NCBI GenBank assembly: GCA_041641295.1
Contig: JBEPYO010000001.1
Location: forward strand, 1,102,808 to 1,126,807
DNA from: Nitrososphaerota archaeon
GTDB taxonomy: Archaea > Thermoproteota > Nitrososphaeria_A > Caldarchaeales > Calditenuaceae
Direction of reading: 5' to 3'
Length of the DNA stretch: 24,000 nucleotides
The notes below the pieces were generated by a model. That model searched no databases, was not told where the DNA came from, and worked only from the letters and a program-made list of their open reading frames with translations. Every line of letters begins with the position of its first letter. The stretch's first letter is position 1. The position numbers and the translations under genes were made by a program. Below are positions 1 through 7,668 of this stretch, in pieces.

Positions 1-2
1 AA

Positions 3-179
3 GGCTTCGACTCGGCAGAGTTCGCCCTAAACCTCCTAGAGACTGCCAAGGTCGCAGTTGCCCCAGGCACAGCATTCGGCGACTATCCAGAATACATCAG
101 AATATCTGTGGGGCTAGGCGACGAAGACCTTAGGAAAGGATTACAAGTGCTAGCTGAAAACCTCCAGAAAACCCGATAA
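3..179 (+). CDS. C-terminal fragment of a PLP-dependent class I/II aminotransferase, truncated by the window start; missing from the ORF track
   Basis: Frame 3 translates as GFDSAEFALNLLETAKVAVAPGTAFGDYPEYIRISVGLGDEDLRKGLQVLAENLQKTR*. The 'VAVAPGTAFG...YIRIS' pattern is typical of the end of AspC-like aminotransferases. Confidence 0.82.
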   Translation, partial: GFDSAEFALNLLETAKVAVAPGTAFGDYPEYIRISVGLGDEDLRKGLQVLAENLQKTR

Positions 180-190
180 CAGAGCGGGAG

Positions 191-1294
191 CTAGACCAGC
201 AGCTGCTCTGTCTTCCCATCGTATATGTGTATCTTACTCTCCTCAAACCCGACCCAGACTTTCTGACCAATCTGCAGCGGTAGAGGAGATGTAACCGCCT
301 TGATAATCTCCGAGTCAATCTTAAGGTCTACAACTAAGTTTGCACCCTGATGCTCGACCACGTAAACCTCGCTCTGGAAGACTGAAGAGCTGACCCTCTC
401 GAAAGTTATCCGTATATCCTCGGGCCTAACTCCTAAGAAAGCCTCACTAGACTGCGCCCCCCTCAATATGGCTTCGGAATATTCTGGAGAGAGTGTGTAG
501 CTGAAAGAGCCCGCATCGAGAACTACACTACCTCCCACCTGCTTTATGACTGCCTTTATCATGTTCATCGGTGGGCTTCCGATGAATGTTGCGACGAAGG
601 CGTTCGCGGGCCTATTATAGATCGTGTTAGGGTCGTCGTACTGCTGCACCTTACCCCTGTTCATGACTGCAATCTTATCGGCCATAGCCATAGCCTCGGC
701 CTGATCATGGGTCACGTATACAGTGGTAGTCTTCAACTCCCTCTGAAGCCTCTTAAGCTCGGCTCTCATGAAGAGCCTCAGCTTAGCATCTAGGTTACTG
801 AGCGGCTCGTCCATGAGGAATACTCGAGGCCTCCTGATAATCGCCCTCCCGAGGGCGACACGCTGCTGCTCACCTCCGCTAAGCTGCCTAGGCTTCCTAT
901 CAAGGAGGTGCGAAATCCCTAGAAGATCCGCAACCTCTTTAACCCGCCGGTCGATCTCCGCCTTTTCAACCTTCCTCATCTTCAGCGGGAAGGCCAAGTT
1001 ATCGTAGACCTTCATGTGAGGATAGAGCGCATAATTCTGGAAGACCATCGCTACGTCCCTGTCTTTTGGCGGGAGGTCATTCACTATGCTATCGCCTATC
1101 CATATCTCACCCGCGTCGGGGGTCTCTAAGCCGGCGATACAGCGGAGGGTAGTTGTCTTTCCACACCCTGAAGGCCCCAGCAAGACCACGAAGTCTCCGT
1201 CAGGAATTTCCAGTGTGACACCATCAACCGCCACCACCCTGTCAAACTTCTTGTAAAGGTTCACCAGTCTGACAGAGGCCATCCGAGAATCCAC
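191..1294 (-). CDS. ABC transporter ATP-binding protein, MalK/UgpC-like (sugar or other solute import); start may be the internal Met at about 1282
   Basis: Walker A GPSGCGKTT, signature LSGGEQQRVALGRA, Walker B VFLMDEPLSNLDAKLR, H-loop VYVTHDQAEAM, and a C-terminal TOBE-like region (FLGVRPEDI). Confidence 0.95.
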   Translation of the reverse strand: MDSRMASVRLVNLYKKFDRVVAVDGVTLEIPDGDFVVLLGPSGCGKTTTLRCIAGLETPDAGEIWIGDSIVNDLPPKDRDVAMVFQNYALYPHMKVYDNLAFPLKMRKVEKAEIDRRVKEVADLLGISHLLDRKPRQLSGGEQQRVALGRAIIRRPRVFLMDEPLSNLDAKLRLFMRAELKRLQRELKTTTVYVTHDQAEAMAMADKIAVMNRGKVQQYDDPNTIYNRPANAFVATFIGSPPMNMIKAVIKQVGGSVVLDAGSFSYTLSPEYSEAILRGAQSSEAFLGVRPEDIRITFERVSSSVFQSEVYVVEHQGANLVVDLKIDSEIIKAVTSPLPLQIGQKVWVGFEESKIHIYDGKTEQLLV

Positions 1295-1331
1295 TCCTGA
1301 GACGCTTTAATAAGTTTTTTGAGCCTGAAAA

Positions 1332-2060
1332 TCAGGCTCGCAAAGTATTCAGGGATGTTAGAATGGATAGTGCGTCGCGGGTTGTTAGGTGATATATCCG
1401 CTTGTTCGCCAGCTCTTGTGGCGGCTCATACCCCATCCTCCTCAATACTTTCCCCACCACATGCCTTCTGTCTGTGAATATTTGTTTTAGGAGTCTGAGC
1501 TGGGTGGCTTCGAGTGGTGTTTGATCGTTTCTCAGCAGCCTTACTATGCTGGAAGCAACCCTTGGTCTTGGCCTAAAGGCGGATGGGGGTATCGTGTCTA
1601 GGACCTCAACCTTGTAGAAGAGCTGAGAGAGCAGGCTGATGTATAGATAATCTCTATAGCCGGGCGGGGAGGATAGTTTCCTAGCAAACTCTCTCTGAAG
1701 CGTCATGACCACCAAGCGTGGCGTTGGTCTCGAGGCTATCCATTCGATGAGTGGTCTGGATATGTGGTAGGGGGGATTGCCGACGATCATTGTGAAATTT
1801 TCGGGGTTGAGCTGTAGGACGTCACCCGTGACTACCTCGACGTTAGGCCAGCCCCTCAGCCTCTGCCGCGCCTCCGCCGCGAGCCTAGGGTCTATCTCCA
1901 CTGCTAGGACTCTGCATCCCCGCTCAGCTAGGAGCTCGGTAAGCCTTCCATCTCCACAGCCAGGCTCAAGTACTATGTCGTTTGCGGTAGGGTTGGCGAG
2001 TTCGACGAGCCTTTCGAGCACTCGTCTGCTTATGGTGAGGTGTTGGCTCAGTCTTGTCAT
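1332..2060 (-). CDS. ksgA: 16S rRNA dimethyladenosine transferase (KsgA/Dim1)
   Basis: SAM motif VLEPGCGDGRLTELL, NPPYHIS catalytic motif, FQREFARKL and PxPRVxSSIVRL; located in the conserved archaeal cluster. Confidence 0.95.
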   Translation of the reverse strand: MTRLSQHLTISRRVLERLVELANPTANDIVLEPGCGDGRLTELLAERGCRVLAVEIDPRLAAEARQRLRGWPNVEVVTGDVLQLNPENFTMIVGNPPYHISRPLIEWIASRPTPRLVVMTLQREFARKLSSPPGYRDYLYISLLSQLFYKVEVLDTIPPSAFRPRPRVASSIVRLLRNDQTPLEATQLRLLKQIFTDRRHVVGKVLRRMGYEPPQELANKRIYHLTTRDALSILTSLNTLRA

Positions 2061-2644
2061 ATGCTCTGATGCGCTGGGGGTCGGGTGAATAGCCAGTGCT
2101 TAGTGTTGGGGTCGGATAGTTCTTGAATTATTCTCCTAATTATTATCTTGTCTACGTTCTGTATTCCTACCCTCTTCTCTATGTCTTCGAAGCTTTTGAA
2201 CGGCTCTTTGTTTCTCTCCTCGATAATGCGCATGGAGAGTTTTCTGCCTATTCCGGGGAGGGCCTCTAGTGCATGCAGCCTCGGGGTTAGTGGTCCACAG
2301 GTATTGATGAACTGGACGATCCTCTCTTCCCTCGACTTGACAAGCTCCTCGACTGCTCTCTCCAACTCGTATTTAGCGTTCTCTGTCAGCTCATGGTAGC
2401 CTATCCGCCTAACTATCCTGATAAGGGGGCGAGGCACATCTTTCCCAATGTATATCCGCATTCCCGGCCTTGGGTTTAGACTCTGATTGATAGCCGCCTC
2501 TAAGAGTGTGAAGTGTTCCACACCCAGTACCTGCGCCAGAAGCATGCCCTTCTCTATGTGCGAAGCCCTCTCAAGCCTCGTCGGTGGAAGTATATCAAGG
2601 ACAATTGCCTCATCCTCGTAAAGTTTTGGCTTGGCACTCCTCAT
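2057..2644 (-). CDS. DUF655 family putative RNA-binding protein with HhH motif
   Basis: LEALPGIGRKLSMRIIEERNKEPFKSFEDIEKRVG helix-hairpin-helix; overlaps ksgA by 4 nt and sits next to rpoF, as in many archaea. Confidence 0.88.
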   Translation of the reverse strand: MRSAKPKLYEDEAIVLDILPPTRLERASHIEKGMLLAQVLGVEHFTLLEAAINQSLNPRPGMRIYIGKDVPRPLIRIVRRIGYHELTENAKYELERAVEELVKSREERIVQFINTCGPLTPRLHALEALPGIGRKLSMRIIEERNKEPFKSFEDIEKRVGIQNVDKIIIRRIIQELSDPNTKHWLFTRPPAHQSI

Positions 2645-2652
2645 GACTCTTC

Positions 2653-3027
2653 CTATTCTTGGACTTGCTCTGCGTCAACACCCTCGCGGAGGTAAGACTC
2701 GATTGTCTGGACTATCTCGGAGAGTTTCTGGTCCGAAAAAAGGATGCTTGAGATGAGCCGCTTATAGCCTGAGAGGACAGCCCTAAGCTCGTTAACATCT
2801 CTAGGGCATATGTTCACTACTTGGCAGGCCTCCTCCGGCTCAAGCCCGAACTTCTCCTGAAGCTCCTGCACAAGCTTTTTAGCCCTCTCGGCGGGGAGCT
2901 TCGAAAACGTTGTGACATAGCTGTAGACCCTAAGCTGGAGGGGTGTGAGCTCATCTTTCTTGACGGAGAGTAGCTCCGCGACCTCTGGAATGGTTATGGG
3001 TGTGTAGGATAATATTTTCCTAGGCAC
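2653..3027 (-). CDS. rpoF: DNA-directed RNA polymerase subunit F (Rpo4/Rpb4)
   Basis: Rpb4/HRDC-like sequence (ITIPEVAELL...LTPLQLRVYSYVTTFSKLPAERAKKLVQEL) and position between L21e and DUF655. Confidence 0.9.
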   Translation of the reverse strand: MPRKILSYTPITIPEVAELLSVKKDELTPLQLRVYSYVTTFSKLPAERAKKLVQELQEKFGLEPEEACQVVNICPRDVNELRAVLSGYKRLISSILFSDQKLSEIVQTIESYLREGVDAEQVQE

Positions 3028-3034
3028 CTCGCGC

Positions 3035-3349
3035 TCACCCTGTGGATAAAGGTTTAATATGCTCAGGCAGAACGTGTAGCTTCTTCAACTTACCTCCCAG
3101 CTCGACCTCTACCACATACCCTCTACCTCTCCGCTCCACGACACGACCTACCCTCCCTTGGTATCGCCTATGCGGCATCCCCTTATGAGTTGACGGGTCA
3201 ATATCTATGGCAACGGCCTGACCTATCTCGTACTCTTGGAGGTATACCTCTGGCCTCGGCCCACTTCTCGCACCTACCTCCCTAGTAAAGAGCCTCCTAG
3301 TCCTATGTCTATATCCGCTATGCCTAGTCAACCCTCCTCCTCTACCCAT
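3035..3349 (-). CDS. rpl21e: 50S ribosomal protein L21e
   Basis: LTRHSGYRHRTRRLFTREVG...YEIGQAVAIDIDPSTHKGMPHRRYQGRVGRVVERRGRGYVVEV. Confidence 0.95.
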   Translation of the reverse strand: MGRGGGLTRHSGYRHRTRRLFTREVGARSGPRPEVYLQEYEIGQAVAIDIDPSTHKGMPHRRYQGRVGRVVERRGRGYVVEVELGGKLKKLHVLPEHIKPLSTG

Positions 3350-3362
3350 GTAGCAGATGAAG

Positions 3363-3373
3363 CCCTATATAAA
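3363..3373 (-). promoter_or_regulatory. Putative TATA box for the L21e start (near-leaderless spacing)
   Basis: Minus-strand TTTATATAGGG lies 15-25 nt upstream of the L21e start codon. Confidence 0.4.
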
Positions 3374-3469
3374 CAAGGAGGACTTGTAATAGGGCCAAGG
3401 TGCAAAATCCTATTTTAGACCCAACTATGTTTGGGTTGTCTCAGCATTAGTAAGACCGATAGATGCTGG

Positions 3470-4834
3470 CTATTTTGAATGGTGTAGCGTCTTGAGTACG
3501 CCGAGGAATTTGAGCCTTATGCTGGTGGGTGGGTTATCTAGTATCTCTGCTATGCTGGGCCTGGTTCTGCCAGAGTCTCCGTGTATGAGTTCCTTAACGT
3601 ATAGTCCGCCGTCAGCTTCAACGTAGAACTCGACCGTGTATGAGTCTATGAGCCTTGACTCTATGTTGAGGATCCTCTTTCTCCTTAACTTCTCTCCCCT
3701 TCTCTTCAGGACTCGGGTGGGTGTTTGCTGCTCTATAACAGCTCCTCTGAGGGAGGCTTCAAGCCTAGCTAGGTCCTCACGGCTCACCGGCTTAGAAAAC
3801 TGGACGGTGGCCATGTAACGCTTGGTAGACCCCTCTATCGCCTCCTTAAGCATCTTTAGGTCGTTGTGTGTGGCGGGCTTAAGTCCCTCAACCTCCACCC
3901 GCCCCTCCGAGTAACTCTTTACCGCCTCTTTCAGGGCTTCGAGGGATACCTTCCTCCTCCGAGGCATTATCAACTCGACTATGAATGGGCGTCCCGTACC
4001 CTCTACTGTCACGTCAACATCCTCTCTCCCAGCGGCATGGAACTTGTATCCAATGGCGCCTGCCAGCCGCATGGCAGGCTCACCAACATACTCGGCCACC
4101 GAGTCCGGATACACTCTTCCGCGGCCTCCGCACCTATCACACCCAGCTCCCCAGCAGGCCGAGCAGTACCAAGGTGTCTGTGGGATGTCTGCCCTGCTCT
4201 TGAAGTAATGACCATAGATGTACAGTGGAGCGGGCTTGGCCTCGGCTGTCCCCGTAAATATGTCGACTAGTATGAGCATCTCAGGTGAGGTGAAGTTGGC
4301 CGGCTTCCCCAGCGCCACCTCCAGCTTCTTCCCCACCTCTCTCGCAACCTCTTTCCTCAGAGTCTCCGACTCGGTGAGACCGAACTCCGAGAATATCCGC
4401 TCCTCGATCGCGGCTATGTATTTGGGTACATATGCGCCGACAAGGAAGTCCTCAAACTCATAGCCTGAGACCTTCCTGACCGCCTCTGCCACGACTGTCT
4501 CGACCACCTCGTCTGTAAGCCTGTCTAAGCAGATTGGACATGTTTTCTTCTCGACCTCTAGTCCTCGGCCAAGCGCGACATCCAGCGCCGGCCCATACCC
4601 TGACTCTGATAGGGCTTTAACAAGAGTCTCGGCTTCTTCTGGGTTCTGGTCTAGCAGGGAGCGAGCCTCCTCCAAGAGCGCCGCCTTAATATCTTCACCT
4701 GTGTTGAGAAGTTCGGAGCTGGGCCGGTTTGAGGATAGGAGCCTACCTAGACATTTGCTGCAAAGCCGGTATTTTAGAAGGATCTGCTTAGCCTTTGAGA
4801 GCGTCTCGTTCAAATTCTTTACGCCCCAGCCCAA
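3470..4834 (-). CDS. pus10: tRNA pseudouridine synthase Pus10 (THUMP-like/zinc domain plus catalytic domain); annotated start overlaps the srp54 3' end and the true start may be internal
   Basis: N-terminal CSKCLGRLL and CPICLDRL zinc motifs, HFKAGREDVDVTVEGTGRPFIVEL, and C-terminal IKELIHGDSGRTRPSI; gene order SRP54-Pus10-L21e. Confidence 0.92.
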   Translation of the reverse strand: MGWGVKNLNETLSKAKQILLKYRLCSKCLGRLLSSNRPSSELLNTGEDIKAALLEEARSLLDQNPEEAETLVKALSESGYGPALDVALGRGLEVEKKTCPICLDRLTDEVVETVVAEAVRKVSGYEFEDFLVGAYVPKYIAAIEERIFSEFGLTESETLRKEVAREVGKKLEVALGKPANFTSPEMLILVDIFTGTAEAKPAPLYIYGHYFKSRADIPQTPWYCSACWGAGCDRCGGRGRVYPDSVAEYVGEPAMRLAGAIGYKFHAAGREDVDVTVEGTGRPFIVELIMPRRRKVSLEALKEAVKSYSEGRVEVEGLKPATHNDLKMLKEAIEGSTKRYMATVQFSKPVSREDLARLEASLRGAVIEQQTPTRVLKRRGEKLRRKRILNIESRLIDSYTVEFYVEADGGLYVKELIHGDSGRTRPSIAEILDNPPTSIRLKFLGVLKTLHHSK

Positions 4835-6137
4835 GGAGGAGGTCCCGCGGCATCCTGCCGGCGCTACGCTTCAGCGTCTTCATCAGCCGCCTAGTCTCGT
4901 TATACCTCTTGATTAGTTGTTTAACATCCCTTTCAGTCACGCCTGCGCCCCTCGCGATTCTTCTGGCCCTCGACGAGTCTATTATTGCAGGGTCTCGCCT
5001 CTCCTCGGGTGTCATAGAATTCACCACTGCCTCCCACTTCTTCACCTGCTCCTCAAGCCCCTCAATGTCTATCGACTTGGCCTTGGGGAGTGGGAGCATT
5101 GAGAGGAGTTTGTCGAGAGGCCCCATCTTGGCGACCTCTTTCAACTGGTTTATCATGTCGGTGAGCGTGAATCGCCCACTCATCATCTTCTCCGCCGCGT
5201 CCTCGGATATACTCACCTCTGCGAGCTTCACCCTCTCAACGAGGCCGGCTATGTCGGGCATGCCGAGGAGCCGCGCCAAATATCTGTCGGCTGAGAATGT
5301 CTCTATGTCTTCTAGGTGCTCTCCTGTCCCTATGAAGCGGATGGGTGCGCCTGTTGCAGCCACTGCCGAGAGCGCGCCGCCCGCCCTAGCTGATGTGTCC
5401 ATCTTCGTTAGCATAACCCAGCCAATCTTGGCTACGCGGTTGAACGCTTCGGCTTGGCTCCTCGCCCTCTGTCCGATGGTTGCGTCCAGTACGAGGACAA
5501 CCTCATCCGGACTCAGTACCTTTAGTATCTCTTCCATCTCCTTCATCAGCGAGTCTTGGTCTTTATGCCTGCCCGCCGTGTCGACTATTATTACGTCCAG
5601 ACCCATTGACTTTAGTTTCTCTATGCCCCGCCTCGCTATCGCGGTGGGGTCTGAGGAGTCTGCCTCCCCATAAACGGGGATGCCCTTGTCTTGGAGGAGT
5701 TGTTGGAGCTGTATGAAGGCTGCGGGCCTATAGGTGTCTGCGCAGACAACCCCTACCTTATACCCGTGCTTTGCCAAGTAGTATGAGAGCTTGGCGACGC
5801 TGGTTGTCTTCCCAGAGCCCTGTATGCCGACCGTCACCAGTACGTGCGGCTTGCCCCTAGGCTTGTAGGGGGGCTGGACACCCCCTAGAAGCCTCACTAG
5901 CTCTTCATAGAGTATCTTGAAGATGTGGTCCCTTCTTGAGACTCCCGGTGGCGGCCTAGTCTCGGCTGCTTTTCTCCTAATATTCTCCGAGAGCTCCATG
6001 ACCAGCTCAACACTCACGTCTGCGGAGAGCAGAGCCCTCTGAATATCCCTGATAAGCTCCTCGAGGGCCTCCTTATCATGTGAAGCCTGACCCATGAAAC
6101 GGGAGACCGCCTTTCTGAGAGCCTCACCTATATCCAT
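4788..6137 (-). CDS. srp54: Signal recognition particle GTPase SRP54
   Basis: VGIQGSGKTTSVAKLSYYL, VVCADTYRPAAFIQL, IIVDTAGRHK, MTKMDTSARAGGALS, and an M-domain with GRFTLTDMINQL and MTPEERRDP. Confidence 0.97.
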   Translation of the reverse strand: MDIGEALRKAVSRFMGQASHDKEALEELIRDIQRALLSADVSVELVMELSENIRRKAAETRPPPGVSRRDHIFKILYEELVRLLGGVQPPYKPRGKPHVLVTVGIQGSGKTTSVAKLSYYLAKHGYKVGVVCADTYRPAAFIQLQQLLQDKGIPVYGEADSSDPTAIARRGIEKLKSMGLDVIIVDTAGRHKDQDSLMKEMEEILKVLSPDEVVLVLDATIGQRARSQAEAFNRVAKIGWVMLTKMDTSARAGGALSAVAATGAPIRFIGTGEHLEDIETFSADRYLARLLGMPDIAGLVERVKLAEVSISEDAAEKMMSGRFTLTDMINQLKEVAKMGPLDKLLSMLPLPKAKSIDIEGLEEQVKKWEAVVNSMTPEERRDPAIIDSSRARRIARGAGVTERDVKQLIKRYNETRRLMKTLKRSAGRMPRDLLLGLGRKEFERDALKG

Positions 6138-6175
6138 CCCGCAGCCCCCACCCTACAAACTCAAGCCCCCACCCA

Positions 6176-6185
6176 GATTATAAAG
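6176..6185 (-). promoter_or_regulatory. Putative TATA box for the srp54-pus10-rpl21e-rpoF cluster
   Basis: Minus-strand TTTATAAT lies about 40-47 nt upstream of the srp54 start codon. Confidence 0.4.
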
Positions 6186-6261
6186 CCAAACAACCCACAC
6201 AGCGCGCCACCACCAGCCAATAAACACGATGAGCTTTATCTCGGAGCACGTTAACTCATAA

Positions 6262-6350
6262 GACTAGGCGATGATGTGGGACTCAGGAAGGATAATACCT
6301 GATGAATTCTCCTGGGGTATCTGAGCCCTTTTGGGATTAGTTCTCTTTTT
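6262..6350 (+). ncRNA. Candidate C/D-box sRNA with a T-rich terminator-like tail
   Basis: C-like box ATGATGT (6271-6277), C'-like TGATGA (6300-6305), D box CTGA (6321-6324), short GGC/GCC terminal pairing (6267-6269 with 6325-6327), T-rich stretch tctctttttctcc, and a weak TATA-like gctttatctc about 30 nt upstream. Box spacing is not textbook. Confidence 0.3.
6311..6330 (+). repeat. Left copy of a 20-nt imperfect direct repeat (att-like candidate)
   Basis: CCTGGGGTATCTGAGCCCTT matches 7631-7650 (CCTGGGGTATCTGAGTCCTT) at 19/20. Confidence 0.85.
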
Positions 6351-6396
6351 CTCCATTATTATGAAGACATAAATAATATGGGACTGGGTTATTGGT

Positions 6397-7029
6397 ATGC
6401 GGCCCCAGTTATTGCTGGTTGTTGGCTTGGTTGTCGGATTGCTTATTGGAGGGGCGGCGGGTGTAGGTGCGGGCGCTTCTAGGGCGACCACTGTTTTGAG
6501 CACAGTCGAGGTTGTTAAGACCCAGCCAATCACATTGACGACTGAGGTTGTCCGCATCTCTACGGTTTCTACAGAGGTTTTGAGGCCGACAACCATTCTA
6601 AGCACAGTAGTCCAGCAGACAACGGTTGTAAAGACTACCACTATCGGGGTAGTGGTCATAGGTGGGAAACCCGTGGACTTGGTGGCGAGGGCCTATCATG
6701 TGGTTGATGGGGATACTTTTGACACATTTCCATCCGGCCGGGTTAGGCTGGCTGATATAAACACTCCTGAACGGGGTCAGCCAGGATACTCGGAGGCCAC
6801 CAATGCCCTGCGCATACTTGTCTTAGATAAGACCGTCTACCTCGACGTAGATAATGTAGAAGTTATGGACAGCTACAATAGGCTCGTGGCCCTCGTATAT
6901 GTTGACTACAACTCAACACACGTCTTAAACGTAAACCTTTGGCTGGTTGTCAATGGGTATGCCGTATTCGCCGATTTCGCGAATGAGTTTAATCCGCAGG
7001 AGTGGAGCCTCTACGTGAGAAAAGACTAG
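6397..7029 (+). CDS. Membrane-anchored/secreted thermonuclease (SNase-like) with a Thr/Val-rich linker
   Basis: N-terminal hydrophobic segment LLLVVGLVVGLLIGGAAG, a T/V/S-rich linker, then VVDGDTF...RVRLADINTPERGQPGYSEA...DSYNRLVALVYV, matching the catalytic R/E/R motifs of staphylococcal-type nucleases. Confidence 0.88.
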   Translation: MRPQLLLVVGLVVGLLIGGAAGVGAGASRATTVLSTVEVVKTQPITLTTEVVRISTVSTEVLRPTTILSTVVQQTTVVKTTTIGVVVIGGKPVDLVARAYHVVDGDTFDTFPSGRVRLADINTPERGQPGYSEATNALRILVLDKTVYLDVDNVEVMDSYNRLVALVYVDYNSTHVLNVNLWLVVNGYAVFADFANEFNPQEWSLYVRKD

Positions 7030-7165
7030 CCCTATTTCTTTAACAACTTCTGCAATAGCTCTGCAAGTCTCTCTCAGCCTTTATTTCGCTTGATAGCTCG
7101 CTTACCTGGGTTAAGGTTTCCCTTATGTCGACCAATATGTTGCGCCTCTCAGCTCCTCGTAGAGC

Positions 7166-7589
7166 TTATTCAATTCGTCCTCGTTCACTATTAGGCTGGC
7201 TTGAATCAATATTCTCCCGCTTAAGACTGAGGGCCTCTCCCACCCTCAGCCCCGTCACAGCAAAAAAAACAGACCAAGATCTTCATCCTACCCTTAGCCG
7301 CTATAACCATTCTCTTAAGCTCTTGGACTGACAGGGCCCTGTCAACTTTCGTCGCACGCCGACGAGGAATATCGACTTTAAGCTTGATACGCCTCCAATC
7401 AAAAGCCACGCCATAAAATAGTAGCAGATGCTTCAGGGTTGAGAGATAGGTGTTACTAGTCGCCGAAGAGCGGCCCCCACCCCTCTTAACCCGACCGACA
7501 ACCACCTCAACGTCATCAACCTCCAACAACCAAAGCAACTTCCTGAGGGTTGGTCTCCTAGTCGCGTGTAGTCTCTCATCAAATTCCAC
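7166..7589 (-). pseudogene. Frameshifted and truncated tyrosine recombinase/integrase
   Basis: The 7221-7589 ORF has a core-binding-like region (NTYLSTLKHLLLFYGVAFDW...RALSVQELKRMV). Removing one T from the T8 tract (7262-7269) restores KILVCFFAVTGLRVGEALSLKRENIDSSQPNSERGRIE*, carrying the first catalytic Arg context (TGLRVGE). The HxxR and Tyr portions are missing. Confidence 0.85.
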
Positions 7590-7630
7590 ACACCTACCAC
7601 TGCGAAATCTTGGGCAAATCTCTGGGTAGG

Positions 7631-7650
7631 CCTGGGGTATCTGAGTCCTT
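7631..7650 (+). repeat. Right copy of the 20-nt imperfect direct repeat
   Basis: CCTGGGGTATCTGAGTCCTT, 19/20 identical to 6311-6330; about 40 bp from the 5' end of the integrase remnant. Confidence 0.85.
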
Positions 7651-7668
7651 CTCTAGGGGACCCTCTGC

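Noticed and set aside
6264-6659. Minus-strand 131-aa ORF opposite the thermonuclease gene
   Set aside because: Its Thr/Val-rich N-terminus is simply the antisense of the thermonuclease linker; the sense strand carries the recognisable enzyme.
7125-7331. + strand 68-aa ORF MSTNMLRLSAPRRAYSIRPRSLLG...
   Set aside because: Antisense to the integrase pseudogene and the decayed fragments; no family resemblance.
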